A stretch of 64,000 bases of DNA from Mobula hypostoma (lineage: Eukaryota). Position 1 is the stretch's first letter, and every line of letters begins with the position of its first letter. The stretch covers positions 24,926,001 to 24,990,000 of the forward strand of contig NC_086109.1 of NCBI RefSeq assembly GCF_963921235.1, read 5' to 3'. A program made the position numbers and the translations under genes. A model generated the notes under the pieces. It worked only from the letters and a program-made list of their open reading frames with translations. It did no database searches and was not told where the DNA came from. Shown piece by piece: positions 52,125 through 64,000 of this stretch.

Positions 52125-52705
52125 AATACAAAAACAAGAATGTAATGCTGAGGCTTTATACAGAATTTGTCAGAGTACACTTGGAGTACTGTCAGCAGAT
52201 TTGGGTCCTTATCTAAGATAAGATAAGACGAGGTTTACAAGAATGATCCCAGGAATGGAAAAAGTCAACTTATGAGGAGCAATTGATGGCTCTGGGCCCA
52301 CACATTCTGGAGTTTAGAAGAATGAGGAGGGATCTTATTGAGACCTATCAAATATTGAAAAGCCCAGATAGAGTGGATGTGGAGAGTTTCCTGTAGTGGG
52401 AGAGTCTACGACCAGAGGGCACAGCTTCAGAATAGAGGGACATCCATTTAGAACAGAGATGAGGAAAAATTTCTTTAGCCAGAGGGTGGTGAATCAGTGG
52501 AATTCATTGCCGCAGACGGCTGTGGAGGCCATGTCATTGGGTATATTTAAGACAGAGGCCGATAGGTTCTTGATTAATCAGGGTGTCAAATATTATGGGG
52601 AGAAGGCAGGACAAAGGGTTTGAGAGGGATAAAATAAAAGAGCCATGATGGAATGGCAGAGCAGACTCAATGGGCTGAATGGCCTGATTCAGCTCGTATG
52701 TTTTA
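52125..52705 (+). mobile_element. CR1 3' fragment
   Basis: GESTTRGHSFRIEGHPFRTEMRKNFFSQRVVNQWNSLPQ. Confidence 0.85.
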
Positions 52706-54344
52706 TTAGATTAGATAAGATTATGAGGACACGCAGTCCTCTTTTATTGTCATTTAGTAATGCATGCATTACTATGGTCTTATTCCTACAATTCCTGTAT
52801 CCATCTCTGCTCATTTAGTGGAATACAGTTCTCAAGTATATTTTTCTCAGCCAACTCTGTGATGTGACATTCCTGTCCCACCTGAGGACTGAATCAGCGT
52901 GAACCCACAGATTAAACTTGGGTGGGGGGGATCTACTTGATCTCTGGTCTGGTGATAAACTAGGCTTGAACAGAGGCATGGATCCAGGGAGAGGGATAAA
53001 TATCCTAATCTTGCTGGTAGTGCTTTGAAGACTGTCTAATTTGTTTTTCAAATCCCAAGCATAAAGATGGGAAGCAGAGAAGAATTCTCCTTAATGGCGT
53101 AAATATACTACCCAGCCGTGTATTCAAGACTACAGGAAAATCTACACCATAGCATTGAGATTAAACAATTCTGAGAGAGATAGACAGGATAAGTGCTGAA
53201 AGTATCCATTGATTAGAGGCTCTAGAACTAGAAATCGGTGCTTCAGGATAAAACGTCAGCCATTCAGATCAGAGAAATAAGATTACTTCACTGAGAGAAT
53301 TATGAATCTTTGATACAGATACTTGAACGGAGGTTACAGAAGTTTAGTGTCTGGTGATATTCTAGACTGATATCAATGTATTTTGGATAATAAAGCATAA
53401 ATATATAGAAGTAGAATGGATTAGGGTAGAAGAGCGATCATGATACTGAATGACATTGCAAGTGTGAGAAACCATGTGATCTGCTCCAGCTCCTATTTCT
53501 TACGACCTTAGCTTTCTAACACAAGTGAAATCCAATTTAAGCCTGTAATTATCTTTTGCCTACCTGCCTTGATATTAACGCTAAACTAATTTCTCAATAA
53601 ATTAAGAATCATTAAATATCATGCTCAGAGAACTGTCAGTTCATTGTGTAATATAAATAAAAAATATTTTATAAGAATTTTTATTAGTACAACAGATAGT
53701 TGGCCTTTAAAACACTGAAAGATTTGTAAATGTGCAGGTCAAATTGAACTGGATTTTACACTCTTGGAACCAATTTAATTAAACAATTTTACCTGCACTA
53801 TTCATTATAAAACATTCTTTTACAACAATTTCCTTTAGCTCCTTAATTGAACTGTAATTACTTTCCCTTTCCTCTTGTTATTTTAAATCAGATTTAGTTG
53901 CAGATATAGAATTGTTTTGCAACGATTTAGCCAGGCTTTCCCAGTGCTCCTGGTCCCAGCCACTTTAACTCCTGGGTCATTAAGCAGACTGAACCTGCCT
54001 TCCTAATGAAGTGGGTGTTAATGATGGCAGGATGGATGGTGTAGAGCAGAGGAGCGGATGGAGTGGGTACAGACAAGGAGTTTAGAAGTCGATCAAATAG
54101 GAGTACCATACTGATCAAAGTAAGTTAAGTTGGAGAGTGGTGATACCGTCATCATTTGGGAAATGGGTCACAGAGATTATATGTAGTGTATATCCAGAGA
54201 AGGAGCGGGATGAGGATTCATTAGAGATAAAGAGAATCATCAAGGAAACAATCTCCACTTTGGAAGATTAAATAAGTTGATCATAGCCCTCGACGTCCTC
54301 AGTGCTTGCTGAGCCTGTGACTAAGCGGAGATCTGCTGACTACT

Positions 54345-54582
54345 GATCATCATCATCATCAGGTGCCGTGCCCAGTTTGAGCTTTGACTGCCATGGCCCA
54401 CACACTCCTGTTTCAAGTCAAGTGGATCAATTCATTGGTATTCATTTCCAGTTCTCTGGCTGTTGTCTCCATCATCATTTGTCTTTGTCTTCCTCTTGCT
54501 TTCTTCCCTTCAATCTTTCCCATAATTACCGTGCATTCTAACTCCTCTTTCCTATTCACATGTCCATTGAAGTTACATTGCC
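54345..54582 (-). mobile_element. RTE LINE 3' fragment
   Basis: GHVNRKEELECTVIMGKIEGKKARGRQR C-terminus with (GAT)n tail. Confidence 0.75.
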
Positions 54583-54735
54583 GACTACTGATAAAAGTAA
54601 GATTAAGGTCTGAGGAGAGTATCATCAGGAATTAGTTTTTACTACATTCCCCATTGCTGGTAACTTTTATTGATGTCACAAGGTCCACATGCAACTGTGC
54701 CTGATAGGTCTGACTCAACTTGAAGGATATTTGGT

Positions 54736-54736
<1 letters not shown>

Positions 54737-54772
<36 letters not shown>
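54737..54772. repeat. (GT)n microsatellite; others: (AC)n about 22197-22240, (GA)n about 29290-29323 and 14657-14686
   Basis: Directly visible. Confidence 0.95.
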
Positions 54773-54776
<4 letters not shown>

Positions 54777-57080
54777 GAAATTCAATACACTGTCCTTATC
54801 AATAAAAGTCAAGAAATCTTAGATGTTGAAATTCTGAAAAAAGAAAAACTAGGCAGCATTGATGATGAGAGTTAAAGCTTCAGATCAAAGACTGTTCGTC
54901 GTTTCAAATGACTTTCATGCTTTGTCTTTCTACAGCTGTTGCCTGACCTGCTCATTGTTTCTGTTTTCTGTCTTGTTTCATTCTTCACTCAGTTCCTCTT
55001 TGAAAGTACTGCCAATGTAAATGGTTGGTAAATATCATTGTGTCATTAAGAAGGGATTGATGCCTTGAAAATATCATTGCTAATTTGCCTGAAGGGAGCT
55101 AGCAAATATTAATGTTTCTACTCAATTGTGGGTCTGTTTTGTGCATTTCAGTAAAGTCATCAAAGACCTTATAGATCCATTCACTTCCCAGCAAAAGGTG
55201 TCAGGTTGGGGCATAGAATTGTTATTTTTCTCGTAGTTTAACTCTCCTAAGCTTGCTTGTATTTTTATATAATCACCTATATATATTGTATATATAATTG
55301 ATTAGTGAAATTTCTAGTAACTACAGTAGAGTTGTTGCTGTATTTTTCTGGAAACTTCTTAGTTTTTAGCACCTGGTGTCACGCCGCTTGAATCTGCCTA
55401 TTTTATAGGTTAATTGTTATCAATGGAATTTTGTTATCTCTAGTTTGAATGTGTTTCCTCGTAAGTCTGATCTTTTCTTGGCTCCTTCGACTCTTCTTTT
55501 TCTTTTGCTCTTGTAATTCAGTAAAATGCCCTAAGCCACAAGTTTTATGCTTAATTTCTGAAGAAACTTCGTATCGCAATAGCATCAGGTCCAACAATGG
55601 ACTCAACAGATTGGAGCAAAATAATTCCAGTGAGGTGTTGAACATCTACTGGGATCCAAAGGAAACCAAGTAGAGGGATTGTTCATGGGAGTCACTCTTC
55701 TTGGAATCTCTTATGCCAAATGCATTAGAAGAAGCCAGATGAAGGTGTAGTTGCTTAAGGCTGTTGATGCAGGCTGGGAGATGGTCTGTGTTCTGACTCT
55801 GCTACAAGATGCACATTTGGTTGCAAGGATAGCATTTTAAATTCAAACGTTTGATGCAATTTGCTTCTTTATGCAACTCAATCTTTCTCTGTTATAGTCT
55901 TTCATTCTATGATCATCTATCCATCTCCTTACCATATTCTATGTATCAGCCTCTTCATTTTCTATCAACCTTAGTCATTATAACCAATGACCAACCATTT
56001 CACAGCATTCACCGTGTGTCACTGAAAAGCACCTCGTAAACATTTTCCTACTTTGACACAAAATTCTTCATCTAACATTCCAGCTGAAGCCATTTCTCAT
56101 CCAAGACATCCTCTCCTTTCCGTGTACCTGGTTCTATTTCACAAGGAACCATTTGCCAGAATTAAATTAGCCAATTCTGTTCATACTCTAGATAGCTATT
56201 CCGCTTCAAGGTTTCCTTGACGCATCATAAGATAAGTTCCCATTCTCTGGAAGTGAATTTGGACCGCACATTAAGGATAGATTCAATTTTGCAATGTCTT
56301 CTTGTAGTAAGAATTATTGGGGAGGAGGAAGGATATTGCAGTGACAGAGGGGTAAATCAGTCAGTAATTACTGAATAGAAGTTGTCTCTGGTGCCATCCA
56401 GGACGTGACACTGTCATGAAAAATGAGCCTCACTAGTTAAATAGTTTTGTTTGCAGCAAATAGCTGATGATAGATGGAGAGAATTAACAGCAACGCTGCA
56501 CTTGATCGCAAGTCATATTTGTCTTGATAGCTCTCAAGTATGAACTCATTTTTCTCTTTAGCCCTGCACCCACTGAATTTGCTGCTGACTGTGTGTCTGG
56601 CACCTGCCCCTTTGCAACTTTACTGAGTGAACGATGCTCATTAAAGCATTCTCCAAAGCCCAGTAATGATTGATCTGTCTTTTACAGCTGCTGTTTCAAG
56701 TGGCTCCCTTCTACAATATGTCATAAATCTCCTACCGTTTATTATCAGATGGCATCCTGTGGTATCTTGGGATCTGCCTCTAATTTCGGACCATGGCCTA
56801 GCCTTTTCTTCTTTACTCATTCATAGATTCTGGTTGTCATAGGCAAGTCCAGCATTGTCACCCCATTTCAGTTCCAATGGAGAAGCCTGTCCATGTGTAT
56901 CTAGTCTCCTTTCTTTAGGTACTGTTGAAACTACTCTGAGTTTTGAATGTTAAGCTATATTGAGTGTAAAGTAATGAAACCATTGGTGATCAGAAAGACA
57001 GTCTCCATCGTTAAGGACCCCATGGTGTGCTCTCTTCTTATTACTACCACTGTTACTACCACTATTACTTCTTATTACTA

Positions 57081-57683
57081 GCAGCTTGCGCAGCTCTCCG
57101 GTGAAATGATATCGTATCTGTTAAATAGGGGCCGTGGACAATTCTGATTTGGTGAAGACAGATGTGAGAATCAGAGGAAAACCTGGAGAAATTTCTGGAA
57201 TGCCCGGTTTGCTGCTGTTGTTACTGTGCGATCGAGAATCTCCAAAGGGTAGGCCCCAACATCCCCAGCTTTGCCTGCGGCTGGCGACCAAGGCTGAGGT
57301 CGAAACATTGGGATGGAGATGGTGCTTGGTACTCAGTGTCGGAGGGCTGATCGGAGCTCGAAGTTTTCGGACGACTCAGAGTCGGACTGTGGTCCGGCAT
57401 GGCAGGGAGAGTTTTCTTCCTTCTCCCGTCTGCGTGAGATGTGGGACTTTTGAAAAACTTTGAACTTTTTACTGTGCCATGGACTGTTCTTCATCAAGTT
57501 ATGGTATTGTTGCACTGTTGTAACTATACGTTATAATTATGTGGTTTTGTTAGTTTTTCAGTCTTGGTCTGTCCAGTATTTTTGTGATAGCACACCAGAG
57601 GAATATTGTATCATTTCTTAATGCATGCATTACTAAATGACAATAAAAGAGGACTGCGTGTCCTCATAATCTAATAATAATCT
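57081..57683 (+). mobile_element. ~600-bp non-autonomous retroposon, copy 2
   Basis: Homolog of 13253-13848; ends aataaaagaggactgcgtgtcctcataatctaataataatct; interrupts a Rex-like 3' fragment. Confidence 0.8.
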
Positions 57684-57814
57684 ACCATCAGAGAGGAGAT
57701 AGAGGAGCTTAAAGATACACATTCAACATTTTAGGAACAGCTTCTTCCCCTCCACCATCAGATTTCTGAACAGACGATGAATCAACCCATGAACACTACC
57801 TCACTATTATTGCA

Positions 57815-58565
57815 AAGAAGAGAAAATCTGCCGATGCTGGAAATCAGAGCTACACGCACAAAATGCCTGAGGAACTCAGCAGGCCAGGCAGCATCTCTGA
57901 AAAAGAGTACAGTAGACGTTTTGGGCCGAAACCTTTCGGCAGGACTGGAGAAACCTGACATAGATTGTGAGACCCAATATAGATTGGGAGACTGCTTCAC
58001 CAAGCACCTATACTCTGTCCATCACAAAATGCAGGATCTCCCAGTCGTCAACCATTTTAATTCCAATTTCCATTCCCATTCTGATATGTCCATACATGGC
58101 CTCCTCCACTGTGGAGATGAGGCCACACTTAGGTTGGAGGAACGACACCTTATATTCCGTTTGTGTAGTCTCTAACCTGATGGCATGAACATCACTTTCT
58201 CAAACGTCAGGTAATGCACCCCATACCCCCTTCGCTTTCATCATTTCCCATCCCCTTTTCCCTCTCTCACCTTATCTCTTTGCCTGCCAATTGCCTCCCT
58301 CTGGTGCTCCTCCCTGTTTTTTTTCTTTCTTCCCTGGCTTCTGTCTCTTTCACCAATCAACTTCCCAGCTCTTAACTTCATCCCTTCCTCTCCAAGTTTC
58401 ACCTGTCACTTGTGCTTCTCTCTCCCTTCCACCTACCTTTTACATCTACTCCTCAGTTCCTTTTCTCCAGTCCTGCTGAAGGGTTTCGGCCCAAAACGTG
58501 GACTGTACTCTTTTCCATAGATGCTGCCTGGCCTGCTGAGTTCCTCCAGTATTTTGTGTGTGATG
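57815..58565 (+). mobile_element. Penelope-like element 3' part: GIY-YIG remnant + pLTR, with an inverted 5' pLTR copy
   Basis: ETQYRLGDCFTKHLYSV...LPVVNHFNS..HSHSDMSIHGL...LRLEERHLIFRLCSL is a Penelope GIY-YIG C-terminus. About 57850-57952 is an inverted copy of about 58463-58562. Confidence 0.85.
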
Positions 58566-60722
58566 CTCTCTAATATTGTTTTCTTTTTGCACTACTTTAT
58601 AGATAGATAGGTAGATAGATAAATAAATAAATATGGTATATAAGATATACTACTTAGTTTATATATATATAGTAATTTATAGCATTTTTTATGTATTGCA
58701 CTATACTGCTGTCACAATGCTACTACTTTCACAGCATATGTCAGGGATATCAAATCTGATTCTGATTCTGACCATTACCCAATTTAGTGTGTACTCTCAG
58801 AATCACTCTGTCTGGATAGTCAGCCCTGAATTTATAAGTCTTTATCTCAGGCATCCTATGGGGTTTGTGTTCCAAGGTAAAACCAGACACTGAACAAGGG
58901 GATAGAAAATAAACTACTTGGGAAATACTAACATTAACTAGTCATTTCCCATTGCTGAAGAGCGGAGCAGAGAGTAGAAATTCCTTCCCAATTGCTGGCA
59001 CTGAATGACACTTTATTAGTGCCTGCCCATTATACGTCACTTCTGTAATACGGTTCCATTGACAAATTTCAGAAGCAGAATACAATGCATATATACTACC
59101 TGATTGCTCACTTAGCACTTGTAACTGAAGATATATTTCTGTCCAAAGGTATTTAAATTAATTGAAATTCGATAGTATTGGAGAGAAACTATTTCCTCTG
59201 CAGAGGGCCTTGGTATTAAATTCAGAGATTAACCATTCAGTGTAGCAGATGGGAAGCATTTCTTCAGACAAAATGTACTTGAACCCTAGGGTCAAGTTAA
59301 ACTGACATCACCAATGCATGTGTTGAAGGATTGTCACTGTGCTCTATTCTAAATATACCAGAATTATCAAAGCAGACAGAAGTTCTGTGTTTTGGCTGGC
59401 ATTAGACATGGGGGTTTCTGTACTAGTTGAATGTGCTATTGAAGAGTTAAGATGAATCTTTGCTGTCCATGAAGTGCAGGCAAAATTAAGGACTGACAAT
59501 AGATCACAGTAAACCCCACAGATATTTGAGAGTTTTATGCAATGTAACGGCATCAGACATTTATTGATTCCCTTAAACCGTCTGCCTCCAGCTGAAGCTG
59601 AATCCTCTGCTCTCTGAAAGGACTGTGAGACCTGAGAGTAGTTTACAGGAAAACTGAGAGCTATATGACTTCATTCCTGGTCCTCAGCTCACTGGAATTT
59701 AGACAAATTAAAGAAATGAGACATGGGCTGTGCCTTCAATTGAGCTGAAGCTGATGGAGTGCAGTGGGAGTTAATTATGTCTGCGATGGAGGCAAAACCA
59801 TCTCAGCATTAGTCCAGATTCATTTGAGAAGTGGTGCTGGTAACTCATGGTTCATATAAATAACTCATCCTGGTCGAAGCCACATTCTGTTCAAATACTT
59901 CCTAATTCTGAGCAACATAAAATGGGATTAGTTTAGGATCCTCAATGAGTCAGATATTGCATTCCGGTTAACAGTTTGCTGTTGCTCAACAACACACCCA
60001 GAGCAAACTGGTTGCTCATAGACACTGGCAACAAATCGACATAGTAGAGCATCCTGTGGCTGATCCCTAGGTTCTGCTCAGGTAAGTGAAGCAGGAGACA
60101 GATTGATATAACAGTGTTGGTGGTATCTGTCGGATTGTACAAAGACAGTCTCTCATCAGGATAAAGGAAGACCCTAATCAAGCTATCGGCTTCTGAGTCT
60201 ATTGTATGCAGAGAGCATCAGAACCCCTTTTTATAGCCCACATCACTATATTTAACAATCATAGAACCTATAACATAGAACAGTACAACAACTGGCCCTT
60301 TGACCCATCATGTCTGTACTGAGCATTATGCCAGATTAAACTAACCCCTTCTGCTGGATCTGATCCACATCCTTCCGTTTCTTCATACTAATGAGCCTAA
60401 CTAAAAGCATTTTGAACACCACAATCATATCTGGTTCCACCTCTACACTTGGCAGCCATTCCAGTCACCTGGCACGACTTGTGTTTAAAAAAAACTTGTT
60501 CAACACATCCTCTTTAGCCTTCCCCACCTCTCACCTTAAAGCCATGTCCCCTAGTGTTCAACATTCCTATCCTGGGGAAAGGCAGTTCTGGCTGCCTACC
60601 ATATCAATCCATTGCTCAATATGGCTGCAAGTGCAGAAGTTTTCCCCACTGACTGTATGATGAACTGCTATTAGTGAGTAGTAAGTGATTAACACCCCTG
60701 AAATGCAGTCTGATAAGGCCTT

Positions 60723-60886
60723 AGCAAGTCAGGCAGCATCTATGGGGAGGAATAAACAGTTGATGCTTCAGACAGAGAGCAGATATCAGTACTGAATCTT
60801 GATGAAGGGTCTCGGCCGAAATGTTGACTCTTTATTCCTCTCTAAAGATACTGCCTGACCTGCTGAATTCATCCTGCATTTTGTCT
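60723..60886. mobile_element. Short palindromic Penelope-pLTR derivative
   Basis: agcaagtcaggcagcatcta...gaataaa is mirrored by tttattc...agatactgcctgacctgct; hammerhead-like motif in one arm. Confidence 0.7.
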
Positions 60887-61249
60887 GCATGGCACTGCAA
60901 TCCTACTGTGGTCTTGAGGAGTGACGGGCAATTGAACAGTTCATGGCAGGAAGACGTTTGAAGAATATATCGCTGCTCATTGATTTATTTATTTTTATTC
61001 ATTTACAGGATGTCGGTGTCACCAGCTAAGCCAGCATTTACTGCCCATCCCTAGTTGCCCTTGAGAGGCTGCCTTCTTGAACCACTGCAGCCCTGGGCCT
61101 GTAGGTACACCCACAGTGATGTTAGGATGATAAAGTACAGTACAAGAGAGCAAAAGATTTGGCTGAAACTCTTGAAGTATTCTTCAGACAGCACAGTGAA
61201 CAGGTCCATTTTGACTTCCACCTGAGGTTCCCACCCTCACAAGATCCAA

Positions 61250-62350
61250 TTCAAGTCTATTGTCATCTGACTGTACATATATACAAACAAACAAAATAAC
61301 ATTCCTCCGGTCTACGGTGTACCCACACACCATATCACACAGCATATAAAGCAAAATATTATTCTATAAATAACTTAATACAATGTAATTCAAAATGCAT
61401 GTAGTAAAGCACAGCACAGGTAAACTGTAAACAGCTTGCTGTCCTAGTGATGAGACCTCAGTGGTGGCAGGACATTCACCAGTCTCACAGCCTGAGGGAA
61501 GTTGTTACCCAGTCTGGCAGTCCTAGTCCTGATGCTTTCTACCATTTTTTCTGATGGTAGTGGGTCAAAGAGATTGTGGGATGGGTAGTCGGGATTCTTT
61601 AAAATGCTTTGGGCCCTTCATCTGCAACACTCCCAGTAAATGTCACAAATAGGTGGGAGGGAGACACGAAGTCCAGCAGTTTTAACTATCCTCTGAAGGG
61701 TCTTGCTATCTGATGGTTTGCAGCCTCCATCCCATACAATGATGCAGCCAGACAGAACATTCTCGATGGTGCTCCTGTAGAAAGTTATTAGGGTGGAGCA
61801 GGGAGCCTTGTACACCTCAATCTCCTCAGAAAGTGTAGACACTGGTATTGGTGCTTCTGCTAGTGCAGGTGGGGTGAGGAGAGGTCAATGTTTTTGGTGC
61901 TGCTTGTGCAAAGGGAGTGGGGAAGGGAGCTTCAGGGCTTCAATGTTTCTATCATTCATTCTATGGAGTATCTTTGTTTCATGGATGACCGTGGAGAGGA
62001 CAAATTTAAGGTTGTATACTGTATGCATTCTCTGATATTAAATGTACCCTTGAACCTTTGAAGTCCAGGAACAACATCCTGACATATGAGGCGTCGTTTT
62101 CTAGGTGAGACAGGACGGAGTGCAGGGCCGAGGCTATGACATCATCAGTGGACCAGTTTGAGTGGTAGGCAAACTGGAAAGGGTCCAGTGTAGCTGGAAT
62201 ATGGAATTTCATATGATCCATTACCATCTGCTCAAAGCACTTCATGATTGGTGAAGTCAGTGCCACTGGGCGGTAATCATTTAGGCCACTTGTCGTTGCT
62301 CTTTTGGGCACTGGAATGATGGTGTTTGCCTTGGAGCCTGCTGGGACAGT
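61250..62350 (-). mobile_element. Rex1/Babar fragments (RT and 3' end)
   Basis: LNDYRPVALTSPIMKCFE...LDPFQFAY...STDD...MLFLDF; FYRSTIENVLSGCIIVW. Confidence 0.8.
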
Positions 62351-63329
62351 GGACCGTTTCAAAGAGATATCACAGACGTAACATGCCTTTAGTTAAGAGA
62401 TGGGAAGAAACACTGGATACAGTTCTGGGCATTGTCAAAGTTATGAGATCAAACAGAATCTTTGTGTATTTAGAACATAGAACATGGAATAATACAGCAG
62501 AGTCCATGATATTGTGCTGAGCTTATAACCTGCTCGAAGATCAATCTACCATTTCCCTCTTACAGAACCCTCAATTTTTCTACCACCCCCTACGCCAATC
62601 TAAGAGTTCCTTAAATGCCCCTTATGTATCTCCCTCTTCCACCACTCATGGCAAGGTAATTCATGCACCCACCACTCTCTGTGTACAAAACTTAACTCTG
62701 ACAAACGCCCCATATTTTCCTCCAATCACCATAAAATAATGCCTTGTGCTCTAGAACTGGCTATTCATCTAGTTAGCTTGTTCCAATCTCTTTCCAACTC
62801 TGGTGTCTACCTGCAGGGGCAGAAAATTGCTCAGTTATGCCTTTTCTATGAAATACAGAACAATTTTAGTCTGGTTAAATTACATTTCAACAAGTCTTTC
62901 CTCAATAACCGACATTGTAGTGGAAGATGGCATCAATCAAGTGGTGCCTACTCACCAACCATCTGGTCAACAGTTAACAATTTGGGTTTTGCCTTTGTGC
63001 ACCCAGTTCTGGACATCATAACCATGGTATAAGCAGAGTTTAAGTAGAGGTCTGAATTTCAGAGGTCAGATGAGAGTAACTGCCATAGCCATCAGGGCAA
63101 CAGTTGACTGAATGTGAAAGTAAAAAACCCTTGCAAAACTGAACTCAGTAGGTGTCATATCTCACACAACTGAAGACAATTGTGGTTGCTAAATGTCAAT
63201 GATCCTATCCCTCGGATATTACTACAGGAATTCCTCAGGACACTCTCCTATGCAAAGAAGTTGCTTCTTTGATGGCTTTATTTATCTATTTTTATTTTCA
63301 CTTAGAAATACAGCCTAACCCAGCATCTT

Positions 63330-64000
63330 GTCGACCAATGGATCGAGCCTTGAACTCTGGTAAGGGAAAAGCTGGCGACATGTGCTTTTTAGTCAATTCT
63401 CGTTGGTGCATGGACATTGGGGTTACGTCAGCTTCTTGTGCCCCTGACTTAGAACACTGAACGATTAAATGTAGACCATTCTATTTGCCTCGGGAGTTCT
63501 CACCTGTGACCCTGACTGCAGTTTACATACCACCAGCGGCCAATTATAAGCAAGCACTTGTGAAACTGCATAATGTTGTCTGCAAGCAAGAAACAGGTCA
63601 TCCCAACACATTTCAAATTATAGTCGGTGACTTTAACCAGGCCTGTCTGAAGAAAACCCTGCCCAATTGTCACCAGCACTTAACCTGTTGCACCAAGGGT
63701 CCCAACATACTAGACCACTGCTACACTACGATAAAGAATGCCTATCATTCCTTTTCAAGATGCCATTTTGGCAAGTCAGACCAGTTGGCTATACTCCTTA
63801 AACCTGCACACACAGCCTAAAGAGCAAGGCTCCAGAGATCAGGACAATCAAGAGGCGATCGCAAGGGGCAGAGGAACACTTACAAGATTGCCTTGAATCA
63901 GTGGACCTGGCCATGTTCAGGAACTCATCCTGGGACCTGAATGACTACACCAGGGTCATAACAGATTTTATAAAACAGCTGTGGATGAGTGTGTCCCCAC
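63330..64000 (+). mobile_element. Rex1/Babar endonuclease region, running off the window
   Basis: PREFSPVTLTAVYIPP...IVGDFNQA...LDHCYT...HFGKSDQ APE motifs. Confidence 0.85.

Noticed and set aside
1..64000. Exons of genes neighbouring PROK1 in mammals (LAMTOR5, KCNA10, chymosin-like)
   Set aside because: Looked for by eye and not recognised; short exons could have been missed.

Overview
Repeat-rich vertebrate genomic DNA. The repeat families (CR1, Rex1/Babar, Penelope pLTR elements, V-SINEs) suggest a cartilaginous fish, probably a ray; this is inference. The one host gene I can call confidently is a complete three-exon prokineticin-1 (PROK1/EG-VEGF) on the minus strand (CDS 50052-49984, 35698-35573, 33004-32882; 105 aa, 10 Cys). 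Its predicted mature N-terminus is IVITGA rather than the family hallmark AVITGA. Its 14-kb first intron holds a young CR1 interrupted by a young 5'-truncated L1, both in sense orientation. The rest is mostly mobile DNA: a decayed Gypsy LTR element, an internally deleted hAT, a palindromic hAT MITE, a Tigger4/Zombi-like element, Tc1 derivatives, Penelope elements with degenerate hammerhead-ribozyme motifs, RTE-related SINEs and a 33-bp minisatellite. A speculative spliced minus-strand transcript with a TATA/MEF2/E-box promoter lies at about 14.1-7.2 kb. All family assignments come from motifs recognised by eye; no searches were run.
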